Part shown: in pieces, positions 1-13,800 of the stretch
Layout of the letters: the number at the start of each line of letters is the position of its first letter
Numbering within the stretch: position 1 is the stretch's first letter
Source of the DNA: Octopus bimaculoides
Taxonomy: Eukaryota
Assembly: GCF_001194135.2 (NCBI RefSeq)
Contig: NC_068985.1
Coordinates: forward strand, 107,303,054-107,367,053
Length of the DNA: 64,000 nucleotides
Reading direction: 5' to 3'
Notes under the pieces: generated by a model
What the model saw: only the letters and a program-made list of their open reading frames with translations
Database searches by the model: none
Told to the model about the DNA's origin: nothing
Made by a program: the position numbers and the translations under genes

Positions 1-144
1 ACATACTTCAAATGAAGAAATCTGTCACGGTCTTCATATGTAAACTTTTTTGATGGCTGGTTTTACAGTTGCATCTTGTAAAAAAAAATTTTCACTTGCG
101 AAGACCAGGGATTTGATAAATGAAAGAACAATATTTGGTTTCAT

Positions 145-552
145 CATCATCATCATTTATGCTCACTTTTCCATGCTTGCATAGGTCAGATGAAGTTCAT
201 TGAGACATTTTCTGCAATTGGATGCCCTTCCTGTTGCTAACTCTCGCCTGTTTTCAAATAAGGAAATATTTCCCCATGGCCAGACATGTTTTTCATGGAA
301 GAATGGAAACCAACATCACTTGTATGATGGTGATGCTCATTTACAATCAGCACATCAAGACAAGGGTACACAGAAACAAACACACTCAAAAAAGGATTCT
401 TTCTATTTCCATATACCAGATCCACTCACAAGGCTTTGGCCAGCCTGAGAGTATAATAGAAGATATATGCCCAAGGTGCTACAAAGTGGGACTGAACCCC
501 AAGACCACATGGTTGGAAAGCCAGCTTCTTAACCACATGGCCATGCCTGCAC
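145..552 (-). mobile_element. tRNA-derived SINE with the same head but an RTE-type 3' tail
   Basis: Head reverse complement at 470-550, tail (CAT)n...ctttccatgcttgc at 145-200. Similar copies at ~3265-3630(-), ~15885-16150(+), ~30780-31000(-), ~40545-40895(-), ~52390-52625(+), ~53110-53470(-), ~54535-54910(+), ~60235-60625(-). Confidence 0.8.
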
Positions 553-760
553 TTCATCCTATCTTTCCTCCATAATTTACATCCCAACATACTCCATTTG
601 ATCTTTCATCACGTTGAGGTGAAAATAAATACTAGGATCAGTTAGACCAACCCTATATCCTCTTCAAACAATTAGTTGTCTGTCTCAATTTATATGAATC
701 AGTACTTTCTCTTGTGGCCAAGAAAAAGTTTTGTAGGTGATGTGATTTCTCAGCTGAAAC

Positions 761-1125
761 ATCATCATCGTTTAATGTCCGCTTTCCATGCTGGCATGGG
801 TTGGACGATTTGACTGAGGACTGGCAAGCCAGAAGGCTGCACCAGGCTCCAATCTGTTCTGGTAAGGTTTCTACAGCTGGATGCCCTTCCTAATGCCAAC
901 CACTCCGATAGTGTAGTGGGTGCTTTTACGTGCCACCGGCACGAGGGCCAGTCACACGGTATTGGCAACGGTCTCGCTCAAAATGTGTTTTTACGTGCCA
1001 CCTGCACTGGAGCCAGTCCAGCGGCACTGGCAACGACCCCGCTTGAATGATTTTCTAATGTGTCACCAGCACAGGTGCTGGAAGGCGACGCTCGTAACGA
1101 TTACGCTCAAATGGTGCTATTTACA
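761..1125 (-). mobile_element. RTE LINE 3' tail (5'-truncated copy)
   Basis: (CAT)n followed by tttaatgtccgctttccatgctggcatggg...; reverse complement of 50000-50360. Confidence 0.85.
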
Positions 1126-2652
1126 GGCCACTTCTCTTTATTTACACTTAGTATTTTCCTTTCTCATAGACATGAATGTGATTTTACTCCTTTTCTCACT
1201 CCTTTTATAAGGCTTTATTCATTTTTTGTTTTAATCATTGGCTGACATGAAGCCCCTTTATTACTGACCATGTGGACATAAGTTTGAAGTTTGTTATATC
1301 TTCTGAACACCTCTCTTCCAATTTGCCTCAAACTTGCTCTACTCTTTTATTCAAGGTTTTGGGGTTAAGGTTAAAAGCAACTGCCACTCAGCTTTACTAA
1401 CAATTGTTTCACCACATAAACTGTCTCATCCATGCAATTGTAGATCAGATGGATAAAACTGCTAACTGTCACCTCTGGGACTTAGTTAACTCATCATCGA
1501 CATTGTTTTAATGTCTACCTTCCCATGTTTGCATGAGTCAGACAACATGTTGGAGTAGAGTTAGCTATGGCTGTATGCTCTTCCTGACACTTGTTTTTAA
1601 ACATGGTGATAATCCCCCAGTCTAAAACAACTGGTACTCCAGAGCTATGCCAAGAACTGGAAACAAACAGCACTATGAATGAGCCGTTTGTTTACAAAAA
1701 TCACATGTCAAGACATGTCACAAAGCTCAAACATATTTTCGCAGTGGACAGTAAGATCATTGTTTATAACAAGTTATTACATGTGAAGATGAGGGAAATA
1801 CAAACTCACACATTAGGCTTCTTTCAGTTTCTATCTATCAAATTCATTCACAAGGCTTTGGTCAGCCTAAGGCTGCAGTCAAAGATACTTGCCCAAGGTG
1901 CTATATAGTAGAATTGAACCCAGTAGCATGTGGTTGGGAAGCAAACTCCTTAAGCACATGGTCATATCTGCATCTGAGAATGATATTTTGTCACATAACT
2001 ATGATAGGAATGAGTTTTGAACTAATAACCATGTGATCTTCAGCATTGTACCTTAATCTCACAACCTGTTGTGCTGTAAATGTGCTCTATTCTGTCAAAG
2101 GGACCTTAGCCTTGCAAGCTGTATAGCAACCTCATTAGTGCTAGTGCCAAAAAAGAAGTACCCTTCACATGCTGTAAAGTATTTGTTAGTTTTTACAGCT
2201 AGCTGCCCTTCCTAGTTATGTCAAAGCATTCATTAGAGTATAATGCAGTCTTAGAACCCATTTAAATGATGATGTCTCCACACACTATTTATCTCCTATT
2301 ATAATACAACAACAGGCTCAGCAAGGACTCACCCTCTCTGCTCTATCCATATGGTTCACAAACAGTGACCTAGAATCTGTTGTGTCCTTGATATATGAAT
2401 TGTATACTGATTTAGACATTTTAACTGAGTGTAAGATCCAGTATTCAGTTTTTAAGTATTTAACGGATCTAAATAAGCTCAGTTTTTGGTATATATTTCT
2501 TGAAATGTTGTTGTGTAGTTGCTTTGAAAGATCATTAGAGACTGTAAAATCAAACAATCACAAAGTTTGTGAAACTTTGTTTGTGTGCTGTTCAATAGTA
2601 AAGACAGTATAATATTGTAGATATTTCCTTTATGTGTATAGTGACTATATTT

Positions 2653-2855
2653 ACCATATTTTCTGGCATACAGGTTGAATTTTTCTGACCAAAATTTACA
2701 GCCAATAAAAGTAGGCCAATCTCTACACCAAAATGAGTTTGGAGGACCAAAAATTCTATGTATGAAATGCAGCAGGAAATGTAGTGACGAAGTTTGAATG
2801 TATATACTTCATACTATGTCAATAGTATACTACATACTATGCTGGAAAATACAGT
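2653..2855. mobile_element. Degenerate Tc1/Tigger-like MITE
   Basis: Imperfect TIRs accatattttctggcata and tatgctggaaaatacagt (about 14/18). Confidence 0.45.
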
Positions 2856-3689
2856 TGTGCTCTGAGACACTATATTTAACACTCTCTGTGTCACACCTAC
2901 CCGTCAAAATGTTCATATCAGTTGTCTTCTGTCACTCAATTTACAAGTTCTCACAATCCTCCACCATCCTTTTTGACTGATAATAGACCCGTATATCAGT
3001 TATTTTTGTTGTTCTTTTAGATGTTACCTTTATTAATAATGCTGGTAATTTCCATTTCAGCTAATAATTTGAACAAGGCTATGAAGATTATTGGCACCGA
3101 AAGAGACAGTAATGTTTTAAGAGACAGAATGTGAGTTTGTAAATTACTTATCTCATTCTTTACTCTTTTTTCATCAGTATTAAGGTCACCATGATGATTA
3201 TCTTCAAAGTTTGTATTAACTATATATATATATATATTACATGTCAACTACACACCTCACCTCATCTTTGTCAGCGTTTTAATGTTCACTTTTCCTTACT
3301 TGCATGGGTTGGACAAAGTCTATGGATGGATACCCTTGCTGTCACCAACCCTCACCTGCTTCAAAGTAAGGTAATATTTCCCCATGGTCAGATAAGTTTT
3401 CACAAAATATTGGAAATGAATGACATTCCTTTACGACATTACATGGTCATGATAGGGAGACACAAACATACTCACACACATTTACACGCAAGCTTATCTC
3501 AGTTTCCATCTACCAAATTCAAAGGCTTTGGTCATCCTGGAGCTATTGCAGAAGGTACTTACCCAAGGTACTGCACAGTGGGACTGAACTTAACACTGTG
3601 TGGTTGGGAAACAAACTTTTCAACCACACACCCACTATTAAAGTATATATTAGCTGCACATATCTTATGCATTGTATCACAATTTACAC

Positions 3690-4030
3690 TATCTATTATC
3701 TACACAGACCTCATGATTACAGTATCTATTAAGTGCACTCATTTCATACATAGTATCCCATTTATAGTTTGTCTTAATTGTACACATTTCATGTATCATC
3801 ATACCATTTAGTTTGTTTTAACTGTACACATTATACCTCATTACAATTTGTAATAGCTGCATACATTTCACTTCACCATCTCTGTGATACTTGCACACAT
3901 CTAACATCAAATCACACTGTTAATATTTTCCAACTAACTACACACATCTACACCAGATCACACCATTTACAGTTTGTATCAACTGCACATGATCTCCATC
4001 ACCTTCCTGTTGTGCAGTTTGTATTACGAA
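3690..4030. repeat. Degenerate ~40-bp minisatellite
   Basis: Recurring agtttgt..aactg(c/t)acacat..cacc units. Confidence 0.55.
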
Positions 4031-4444
4031 CCAGTGAGGAACTCAATTTAGTTAATGAGGAGTATGGAAAAGTTCTGGTTTTAGGTAAAAGAAAATACAG
4101 GAAGATTAGTTAATTATAATTTTATTCAGTTAATTATATATTTTCTCTCAGATTCACACACTTATTGCAGTGGTTCTTCCTGAAATTTGCCAACTCTACA
4201 CATGATATCCCCGCCCTCTGTACACATGCACATCATGACTCTTACTTACATTGTTCACGTTCCTGGCTTTTGTACATGATTCTATGTACTATACATACAC
4301 TTTTGATGAGCTGTAGTGCACCTGAGCACTATACACAATAACTTCATTATCATTTTAGATTCCAGTTTTCCTTACCTAATATAGAGAACAATGTCTAACC
4401 TATTAAGTTATCTAACCTTATAAATACTTATGTTCGCTTTTCAG

Positions 4445-4532
4445 ACATGAAACTTCTCAATCTACAAATGAAATTGTTACAGAGACTGCTAATCTAGTCA
4501 AAAAAATTGTCCGAAATCGTAAACTTACGCAG
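4445..4532 (+). CDS. STX7/STX12: Syntaxin exon (Habc): HETSQSTNEIVTETANLVKKIVRNRKLTQ
   Basis: tttcag acceptor, gtcagt donor; phase 2 to 0. Confidence 0.85.
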
Positions 4533-4799
4533 GTCAGTGACATGTTTTTATTCAATCTTTCTTTTTACATGTCTTGGACTTAACATCTAAAAAGATTATG
4601 CATATCAAAATAAGTGATCAAAAGCGGTTATTATAGACATTACATATGGCTGTGTGGTAAGTAGCTTGCTTACCAACCACATGGTTCCGGGTTCAGTCCC
4701 ACTGCGTAGCACCTTGGGCAAGTGTCTTCTACTATAGCCTCGGGCCGACCAAAGCCTTGTGAGTGGATTTGGTAGATGGAAACTGAAAGAAGCCCGTCG

Positions 4800-4830
<31 letters not shown>

Positions 4831-7800
4831 TTGTCCCTGCAACATTGCTTAACTGATGCTGGTGTGTTTACGTCCCCGTAACTTGGCAGTTCAGCAAAAA
4901 AGACCGATAGAATAAGTACTAGGCTTACAAAGAATAAGTCCTGGGGTCGATTTCTTCGACTAAAGGTGGTGCTCCAGCGTGGCTGCAGTCAAATGACTGA
5001 AACAAGTAAAAAGAGTATAAAAAAAATAAGGGAAAGAGTATTAAATTTAGGTTCATCTAAATAATAGTTGAATCATTTGAAGACTCATCACCCCAGCCTG
5101 TTCCACCTGAAGAATCAGTACCTCCAGGCCATTGTGAATATGATTTGTGTAATTTGCATAACATAAATATATTCCTTTCTAAGGCTGTGTACATTTATAT
5201 TTAACATACCCATGTACACTAAAACATGGAAAGAATTTTGTTGTGATAAATGTCTTGGAGATGCTTTCCTTTATAGACTTTATAAGAACATGTCAAACTG
5301 GGCTCTAAACGACCTCTTCAGACTGTCAGATATACTTCTGTATAGTTACACTTCATCAGCGTCCGGCACTGCTTCACTCATTTACAGCAGAAACACATTA
5401 GACAGTCCAATCATGCCATTCAAAGCCCAGTTTCTGTTCTTACATACTCTATGAAGAGAATAGCATTTTAAAGGATATACGCAGTGACTTTTTTTCCACA
5501 TTTGAGTGTATATGAGTGTGTTAAATATACATGTACACAACTTAATTCTAATCATTACTGCTTAGTGTGCTTATAATTCCAACTTGACAAAGCTTTGCAC
5601 GTGCCAGCAAATGTGTTTTTTGCTGTTTGCTTATAGGAATGGCAGTTACCAGTTGGCTACAAATGACTGAAGTAATTAAACTTCATCAATGGAGTGTAAC
5701 TACGCTCAAATGTGAATCTGACTATCTATTAACATCATTCAGAGCCAAGTTCAATGTTCTTACACAGTTAATTATTGCAGCAAACATCTTTTTGGTATTC
5801 ACTTTGTAAGATCCATAGAATCAGCATGTAACTAGTTTCTGTAGAATTAAGTGGCTGGTTAAATGACAAATAAAAATGAACCTGACTGCTCTCAAAAATT
5901 AAGTAATGAAAAAATAATCCAGAATCCTTGTCCAATACTGGATCAATCCCAAAATCTAATCAATCTGTGCTAGTCACAAGGTCAAACATCCCTGAAAGTT
6001 TCATCCAAATCCATCCAGCAGTTCTTGAGATATCTTGTCTACGGACAAACAAACAAATGTGACTGAAAACAATACCTCTGCCTTCATTTACATGAAAGCT
6101 TCATTAGATCTTGTACAGGTGGTTTCCGATCATAAAGCATACTCATTTCAGGTGCTGGTTCACTACCAATTGCTGCATCTATAGCTTTGCCTAAACCGAA
6201 ATGTTAAGTTGTTCATGCAGCTGAGTTGGCTAGTGTTTATATATTTCTGTTTTTTCCATTCTTCAGAACAGAAAGTTTGAATTGGAAAGGTTGCGGAATG
6301 ATTTCGAAGAAAGTTTTAAAAAATTCACAGAACTTCAGAAAGTGAGTAGAACTAATAATGTTTTTTTTTTTTTTTTTTTTTTNNNNNNNNNNTTTTTTTT
6401 TTTTTTTTTTCTTTTTCTCTCCAACTATTTCAATAATGCTTGATATACAGGGGGTCTGTATATCTATAGTATACAGATTTGTTGGATTATTATATATATT
6501 ATAGTAATATTTGTGGTATACAGATTATAACATTATACATAACAATTTTATTGTATACAATGCTCAGATACACTGCAACTCATTGGAAATGAAGGGACAA
6601 AAAGCAGCAGTAAGGCAAGTAAAGGCAACAATGAAAATACATGTGCAGTACACAGTATAAAACACTCAGACAGCATAGGCTCCAATCTGATTTGGCAGAG
6701 TTTCTACAGCTGGATGCCCTTCCTAATGCCAAACACTCCGAGAGTATAGTGGGTGCTTTTACGTGCCACTGGCACGAAGGCCAGTCAGGCGATACTGGCA
6801 ATGGCCACGTTCAAAATGGTGAATTTTACGTGCCACCTGCACAGGAGCCAGTCCTGCGGCACTGGCAACGATCTCGCTCGAATGTCTTTTCACGTGCCAG
6901 GAAGGTGACGCTGGTAACGATCATGCTCAAGTGGTGCTATTTACATCATCATCATCATCGTCATTTAACGTCCGCTTTCCATGCTAGCATGGGTTGGATG
7001 ATTTGATTGAGGACTAGTGAAACCAGATGGCTACACCGGGCTCCAATCTGATTTGGCAGAGTTTCTACAGCTGGATGCCCTTCCTAACGCCAACCACTCA
7101 TATAAATGGTTTCTGCTAATTTATAGAGGGAATTGGAAAAATGCCTTGCATTATATCATTAGGTCCTGTATTTAGTTATATTGAGTGTATATTCCACCAG
7201 GGTTGGCTTCACTTTCATCTTTATGGGATCAATAAAATAAATACCAGTTAGATACTCTTCTGAGGTCATTAATGACTATAACACTCTCACAAAATGTAGT
7301 GTTGTTCTTGTTAAAAGTTATTGTTGCCATTTTGACTAATCTGTTATGTTGTTTCCTGTGTGTAGAAAGCAGCCGAGAAGGTGCGAACAGCAAAACCACT
7401 GCGACCCCCGCCAGGAGAGAGTCTAATCGATTTTGAGGTAAGTACCTTGTTTGATGAAATCTTGCTTGAAGAAGGAAAAAGCTGATAAAGAGAGAATATA
7501 TGTACACACACACACACATAGTGCAGGTGTGGCCATGTGGTTAAGAAGTTTAGCTTGCAACCATGAGATTCTGGATTTCTTTCCACTGTATAGTATCTTG
7601 GGCAAGTCTCTTCTGCTTTAGCCTGAAGTTGAATGAAACCTTGTGAATGGAATATAGTTGGCAAATTGTGTGAAATATAGATATCATGCTTACATCAGCT
7701 TTTTTATGATTGCATAGGTTGAATGAGTGTTTTTCAAGCAATCTTATTGTGGTAGTCCTTTCATATCTCCTTCATGAAGCTCACTCTGAAATCAGCTTCC

Positions 7801-10800
7801 AGCAAATCTCTTATTTTCTTAGGTCTTTCTCCTCTGTTACTCCCGTCTTCATGGAGGTGCAATGGCCCAGTGGTTAGGGCAGCGGACTCGTGGTCATAGG
7901 ATAGCGGTTTCGATTCCCAGACCGGGCGTTGTGAGTGTTTATTGAGCGAAAACACATAAAGCTCCACGAGGCTCCGGCAGGGAATGGTGGCGAACCCTGC
8001 TGTACTCTTTCACCACAAATTTCTCTCACTCTTTCTTCCTGTTTCTGTTGTGCCTGTAATTCAAAGGGTCAGCCTTGTCATACTGTGTCACGCTGAATAT
8101 CCCCAAGAACTACGTTAAGGGTACAAGTGTCTGAGGAGTGCTCAGCCACTTGCACGTTAATTTCACGAGCAGGCTGTTCCGTTGATCGGATCAACTGGAA
8201 CCCTCGATGTGCCAACAACTCCTCCCTTCTTCTTAAATAGCTTGCCACTGCTCACTCCAACTATCAGCCTTCATTTGCATCCGTAGCAGTGCAGTCTTCT
8301 CTCTAGTGAACTACATTTAATTTGTCATTCATCCAGTTTCTTTTTTCTTTTTCTCTCTTTCTCCTTCATTCCTGCACATAAATATTACACATCCAGCTGA
8401 TCAAGCTGTCATTTCTTTCCAAAACTTCATACATCCTCCACATTCGTTGTCCATGTTTTGCTGCCATGCAATATTGCCCTTCTGGAGCCTGGTGTTGCCA
8501 TCCGGTTTCACCAGTCCTCAGTCAAATCGTCCAACCCATGCTAGCATGGAAAGCGGACGTTAAACGATGATGATGATGACGATGATGATGATACACAAGC
8601 CTTGTTCAATCTGTCCTTCACTCAGAGACAGAAACCCTTTGTTACCAGCAGCGGTAACAGTTCTCTGAAATTTTCCCTTCTCGCTCTTATTCCAGCTACT
8701 TATGCTTTCAGAATACCCACCTCTACTGCTAGTTAGTTCAATTAGGTAATAAAAGCCATTAATCTTCTGATCATTGGAAAGAATATATTTCATAGGTGCT
8801 CTTCTGCTAACTATTACTGTGCATCTACTTGAGAGCTTTTGTTGTCAACCTGTCTGTGATCTCCCTGCACTTTTTGTGTTTGGTTTGTAACTCCTACCTA
8901 TTCCTAATTTTTACATATTGAGCACGGTCACCTTCCTGATTGCTGTAGTTCTGTCTTCTTCACAGTTAACTCCAAAACTTTCACTAAGTTTACTTTGTGA
9001 CTTTCCAACTTTTGGATTTACTTCCATTTAGGATTTTTGTTTCTCTTATCCTTTGACTTGTCCAACTATGAGAACTAAAACTTCAGCACCTTAAGCACAT
9101 GTCTTTAACTCCAGACCAACTTGTATGTGAATTTCGTTGATAGAAACTGAAAGAATCTCATCATGTATGCTTGTTTACATTTACCCTCTACGAAAGTCGA
9201 CAAATCATCCACTTTTTGGTGTCTTTAGTGACGTGAAATAACAGACCATTGGCATCCATCTGTAAAACAATGCTTCAGTAATATATTAATCAAACTCAGG
9301 CTAGCATTGGCTAACAAATGATAATGATAAAGTTATATATTATATACCAATGTTTAGGAAGACACACACACTGTACATATGTGTGTATTTGTATGCTTCT
9401 TCCCCCTCCCTACTCATTTATTGCTCACTCCCTCCCATCCATTGGATACTCATCCCCTTAATAGGTATCCCCAGGTGGTGGGATACTTTATTGGGAAACT
9501 TGAAACAAGGGAAATAACTGAAATTTTCCTGTACTGTTCTACAAATATCAACCACAAATCCAGTTTTCTTTTGTTGCTGTGGAAGTGGGTACTACGATCT
9601 GATGGATTGAAAAGCGAAGTTAAGCTCCATGAAATTTTGATTAACTACATACAAAAATTTATAAAAATTTAATGGCGAGGAGATAATGAGATATACTATT
9701 CCCAATGATGCTCTGAGTCACAATAGTAAAATGAAGTTGCTTCAGTTGGAAACAGAAATCACATCAAGGTTACTCACACTCCATGTTACTCTGGTTGTTC
9801 TGCAAACTAATGTACATCCACCCAATAACTGAACATGTAATTTATTGTACCACATGTTGTAGGTGGCATTAATCTTAGTTTCTGCATGTGTATCTATGTA
9901 TGCATATGTGTTGTAATACTTGTATAGTACTTTTGTGAAGTATTTGTGTGTGTGGCTGCTTTTCTATAATGTCATGGTGTTGAGTTTTTCTCTCTCTCTC
10001 TTCCCTAGGATGATGACCAGGAATCCCTACTACAGCGACAACAGCGAGAAGAACAGTTGATGCAGCAACAGGAAATTATTGAAGAAGACACAGCCTTGAT
10101 CCTTGAGAGAGAAGAGAGGATAAGACAGCTGGAGGTGGGACACCACACACATACACACAAAATCCCAAACAATGCTTTCATATTTCCCCCAAACATAATA
10201 CCCTTACACACAGTATTTTATAGAGGCTCACTCACCATTTTAAACCTGAAACTACGTGATTGAGTTGTGTACTTTTTCTCGGTTAAGAAGTTTGCTTCCC
10301 AACCATATGGATTCAGGTTCAGTCCTAACTGTGTGGCACCTTGGCTATATGTCTTTTTATAGTCCTCTGCCATCCAAAGCTTCATGGGTGAATTTGGCAG
10401 GTGGAAACTGAAGCCTGTTGTGTGTGTAGGTTGGGTGGCATCTATTTTCTTGCCTGTGACATTGTGCTATTCTTGTCAATCATTACCTTCACAAAAAGTA
10501 TCATCTGTCACGAAGACATATCTGGCCATTGTGCTGTTCATATTCAAATAACTACAGAAGGTATTATTTTGCTTGGAATCAGTTGAGGAAAAGCAATGTG
10601 ATGGGTATAGAAAAGCTGTAGAAAATTTACCTCAACAAATTTCGTCTGATCCATGCAACCATGGTAAAGTGGACATTGAAGTGATTTTAAATTATTTAGA
10701 TCACTCCACTACATTGATGCATATGACTGTAGTTAAGAAGCTTGCCTCACTACCATACATTTTCTGGTTTAATTACATTGTACAGTACTTTGAACAACCA

Positions 10801-13800
10801 TATTTTAGCATTTACCGAAACTTGGAGAGAAATTTTGTTGGCAGAAACGTTGCTACAACAATGTTTGAATACACTCTAAAGTGGTTGGCATTAGGAAGAC
10901 CAGCTGTTGAAATCATGCTGAAGCAGACATTGGAGTTTGATGCAGCTCTCTGTCTCGTCTGTTCATGTTGAACTAGGCAACTCATCCCAGCATGGAAAAG
11001 AGATTTTGATATATAAATGGAAATCATGTTGACTGGGACCTGAACAGAAATACCTGTGGATATTTATATCACAGAGTTTTCTCCCCTCGTGCCAACGTTC
11101 ATTTTACTTTCTGCATTAAGAAATATGTATGGGAATATTTTCTTTGATATAATATGGTGCCCTGGTATGGCTAAAGTCCATTAGCTGAAACTAATAAAGA
11201 GATTCATATTTACAAACGTACTCAAATCAATTTAATTACTGTATTGTTGCTTCTGTGTTTTGTAGGGTGACATTCTGGATGTGAATGAAATCTTTCGAGA
11301 ACTTGGGACCTTGATCCATGAACAGGGAGACGTAATAGGTGAATTTCATCTGTTTTTCTTTGTCTTATGTCATAGAATGCTGTCCTCTGGCTTGCAAGTT
11401 TCTGTCAAGCCGTCCAACCCGTGTCAGCATGAGTTAGATAGTTTGACAGAGGCCAGTGAGTCAGAAGACTGTGCCAAGCTTGACTGTCTGCTTTGGCATG
11501 GTTTCTATGGCTTGATGGCCTTCCTAATGCCATGCACTTCACAGAGCATACTGTGTACTATTTATTTCAGTCATGAAAATTTATAAAGTATCATTAAATA
11601 ATAAGCACGTGCACTGGATTTATTTCACTTCTTCATTATTTGTCATTTGGTTAACTATTTTATCAATTAACTAATTGTTTGATTAAACATTCGGTTTTAT
11701 CAATCAGTTATGTTTATCAAAGGCCTTTCATTGCAACTTCAATGAATATGCACTCTCCATTTCAGATCAGCTTCAGGTCAATCAATTTGTTAATTGGTTA
11801 AATAGTTGAGCAATTGGCAGATAACTGAAATAGAACCAGTGCTTGTTTTTACTATAGGCAAGATACAACGCTCCCAAGATACAACAAAATCTGTTTCAAT
11901 GCACAAATTCACATCAAAAATCTTGCAAACCAAATACAAAAACAAAATATTAAATAACTTTTTGCTATTTTCCAGATTCCATTGAAGCCAATGTAGACAA
12001 TGGATATTCACGAGTTGAGAGTGGAATGCAGCAGTTAACTAAAGCTGCATCACATCAGGTGGGTTTTATGATATTTTGTTAACCAGAAAGCAGTTTTAGC
12101 CAGTGGCATGATGGTTTCATTTATTTTCTTATATGTCACTATCTTGATTGTCAATACTAATGCATGAAATTCCTTCTATACTTTTTGCTTTTTCTTTTCA
12201 ATTTCTCCCTTTATTTATCTAAGAAAGAAGTGGGTTAGAGCCTATAGCTATCTCAAGCGAGCCCAGAGTTAATTTGTAATAGATGAAAAGGGTTGGTTAA
12301 TCTTCTGTTTTATTTGTTGGAGACTAAAGATAAAACACACAGGGACTGTGGTTCTGGAGAAGCAAGAATTGTAGGTCTGAGATTGAAGTAATTAATGCAC
12401 TGAAGCTGACTGGATAAGCTGTTGAGTTATTATTCTATCTTTCAGTCATAGTGTCCAGATCTTTCAGAGACTGTTTTCTAATATAGTGTTTTCTAAAGCT
12501 GGACACTTTCAGTTACTTAACACCAGAACTAACAAACGCTTATCTAGCCCAGTTCAATGTGTGTTTATTAAAGGCACACTAAGTTAGTGTGCTTTAATTA
12601 ATTCCAGCTTGACAAAGCTTTGTACATGCCAGCAAATTTATTTGCTGTTCACATATAAGAACAGTACTTATTGGTAAGGCTAGTGACCTAAGAATAAAGG
12701 ATTCTGTGTCATTCTGACAAAGCATAATGATGCAGAAATGTCCTACAGTTCGTTAATACCATTCACAACCCAGTTCAATAAGTTTCCTCATACATTGTCT
12801 ATGAGAATTTCTCTTTGGAGATAATTACTACAGTGGAGGTATTTTCACATTTGGGTGTACAGAAACATGTTAATATAAATGTACAATTATTTTTGAAGTG
12901 TTTAGTGGGAGATATTGTAAGAATGATAGGTGATTGAGAAATTATTGTATGAAAGAGCTTTAAGTATGTGTATGAGTAAGGAGTATAAAATAGAAGCAGC
13001 TGTTGGGAATAGAATTTTAAAACAAGCTAATGTTTGGTCCTTAAGACTTAAACAAGCCTTTGTTGCTTTACATACCAAATAAGTTACATCAAATGCTGAA
13101 TTATTTTTATTGTAAATCACATTATTGATAGGAACCCTGGAAGGGCAGAGTGCAATATCTAAACCAACATTGCTATTGATTTAGGTTTTTTAGTTTCTTT
13201 TTTGGAATGTTTCATGTTTTCCACAAATGTGAAACTGGTCCACAGCCTGATGAAGGTCAGGTTTTGGACAGTTCCTTTCATTGGGGAAAGATTCTAACAG
13301 CACACTTTTTGTGCATCGCACAGCCTGCAAGCCCTCTTGCCTCTGATCCTTCTAGTCCCTTGCCAAGAGAATCTCTACCAACTTTACAGAATCCTGCTAA
13401 TCATCACTCTTCAACCGACATGGCTCCGTAAGTAACACACTTGCAGAGATAGCTTCCATATTTGCTGCCCACTTTGCCTCCAATTCCACAAGACTTCTTT
13501 AAACTTCTCTTCTTCAATCCTCATGTACATATATATGTATCAAGTACAAAACCTTCAGTCATTTCAATCCAACAAAGGCACTGACAGTATCCCTTCCATT
13601 TACCCTTGAATATTTTGCTCCAGTGCTGCTCTCTATCCATGCAATTCCATCCACACAGGAATCCATCCTTATCTTACAAAACTTTGTGTGTTCCATTTCG
13701 AGGAAGAGCACCGTCTCTCTCACTATCAACCTGTCACTTAACAATCACCTTCTCCAACAATTCAAGTCCTTCTCCTTCCTTGGTTTCTGTAGATTCAAAT

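Larger units (their letters stand above)
7750..9100 (-). mobile_element. Old degenerate RTE LINE C-terminal remnant, interrupted by a SINE (7853-8215) and a younger RTE tail (8490-8592)
   Basis: Minus-strand remnants INGFYYL...SSRGGYSES, LHGSKTW, RGERPKK...EADFR...MKEI. Confidence 0.65.

Noticed and set aside
1591-1908. ORF with GTPELCQEL, superficially like the syntaxin LGTPQDSPELR exon
   Set aside because: No compatible phase-1/phase-2 splice pair and poor similarity; the upstream syntaxin exons probably lie before the window.
3191-3811. 206-aa ORF
   Set aside because: Spans a SINE and a minisatellite; no protein signature.
7853-7930. tRNA-like sequence with A and B boxes
   Set aside because: It continues into a SINE body and lacks a closed acceptor stem, so it is a SINE head and not a tRNA gene.
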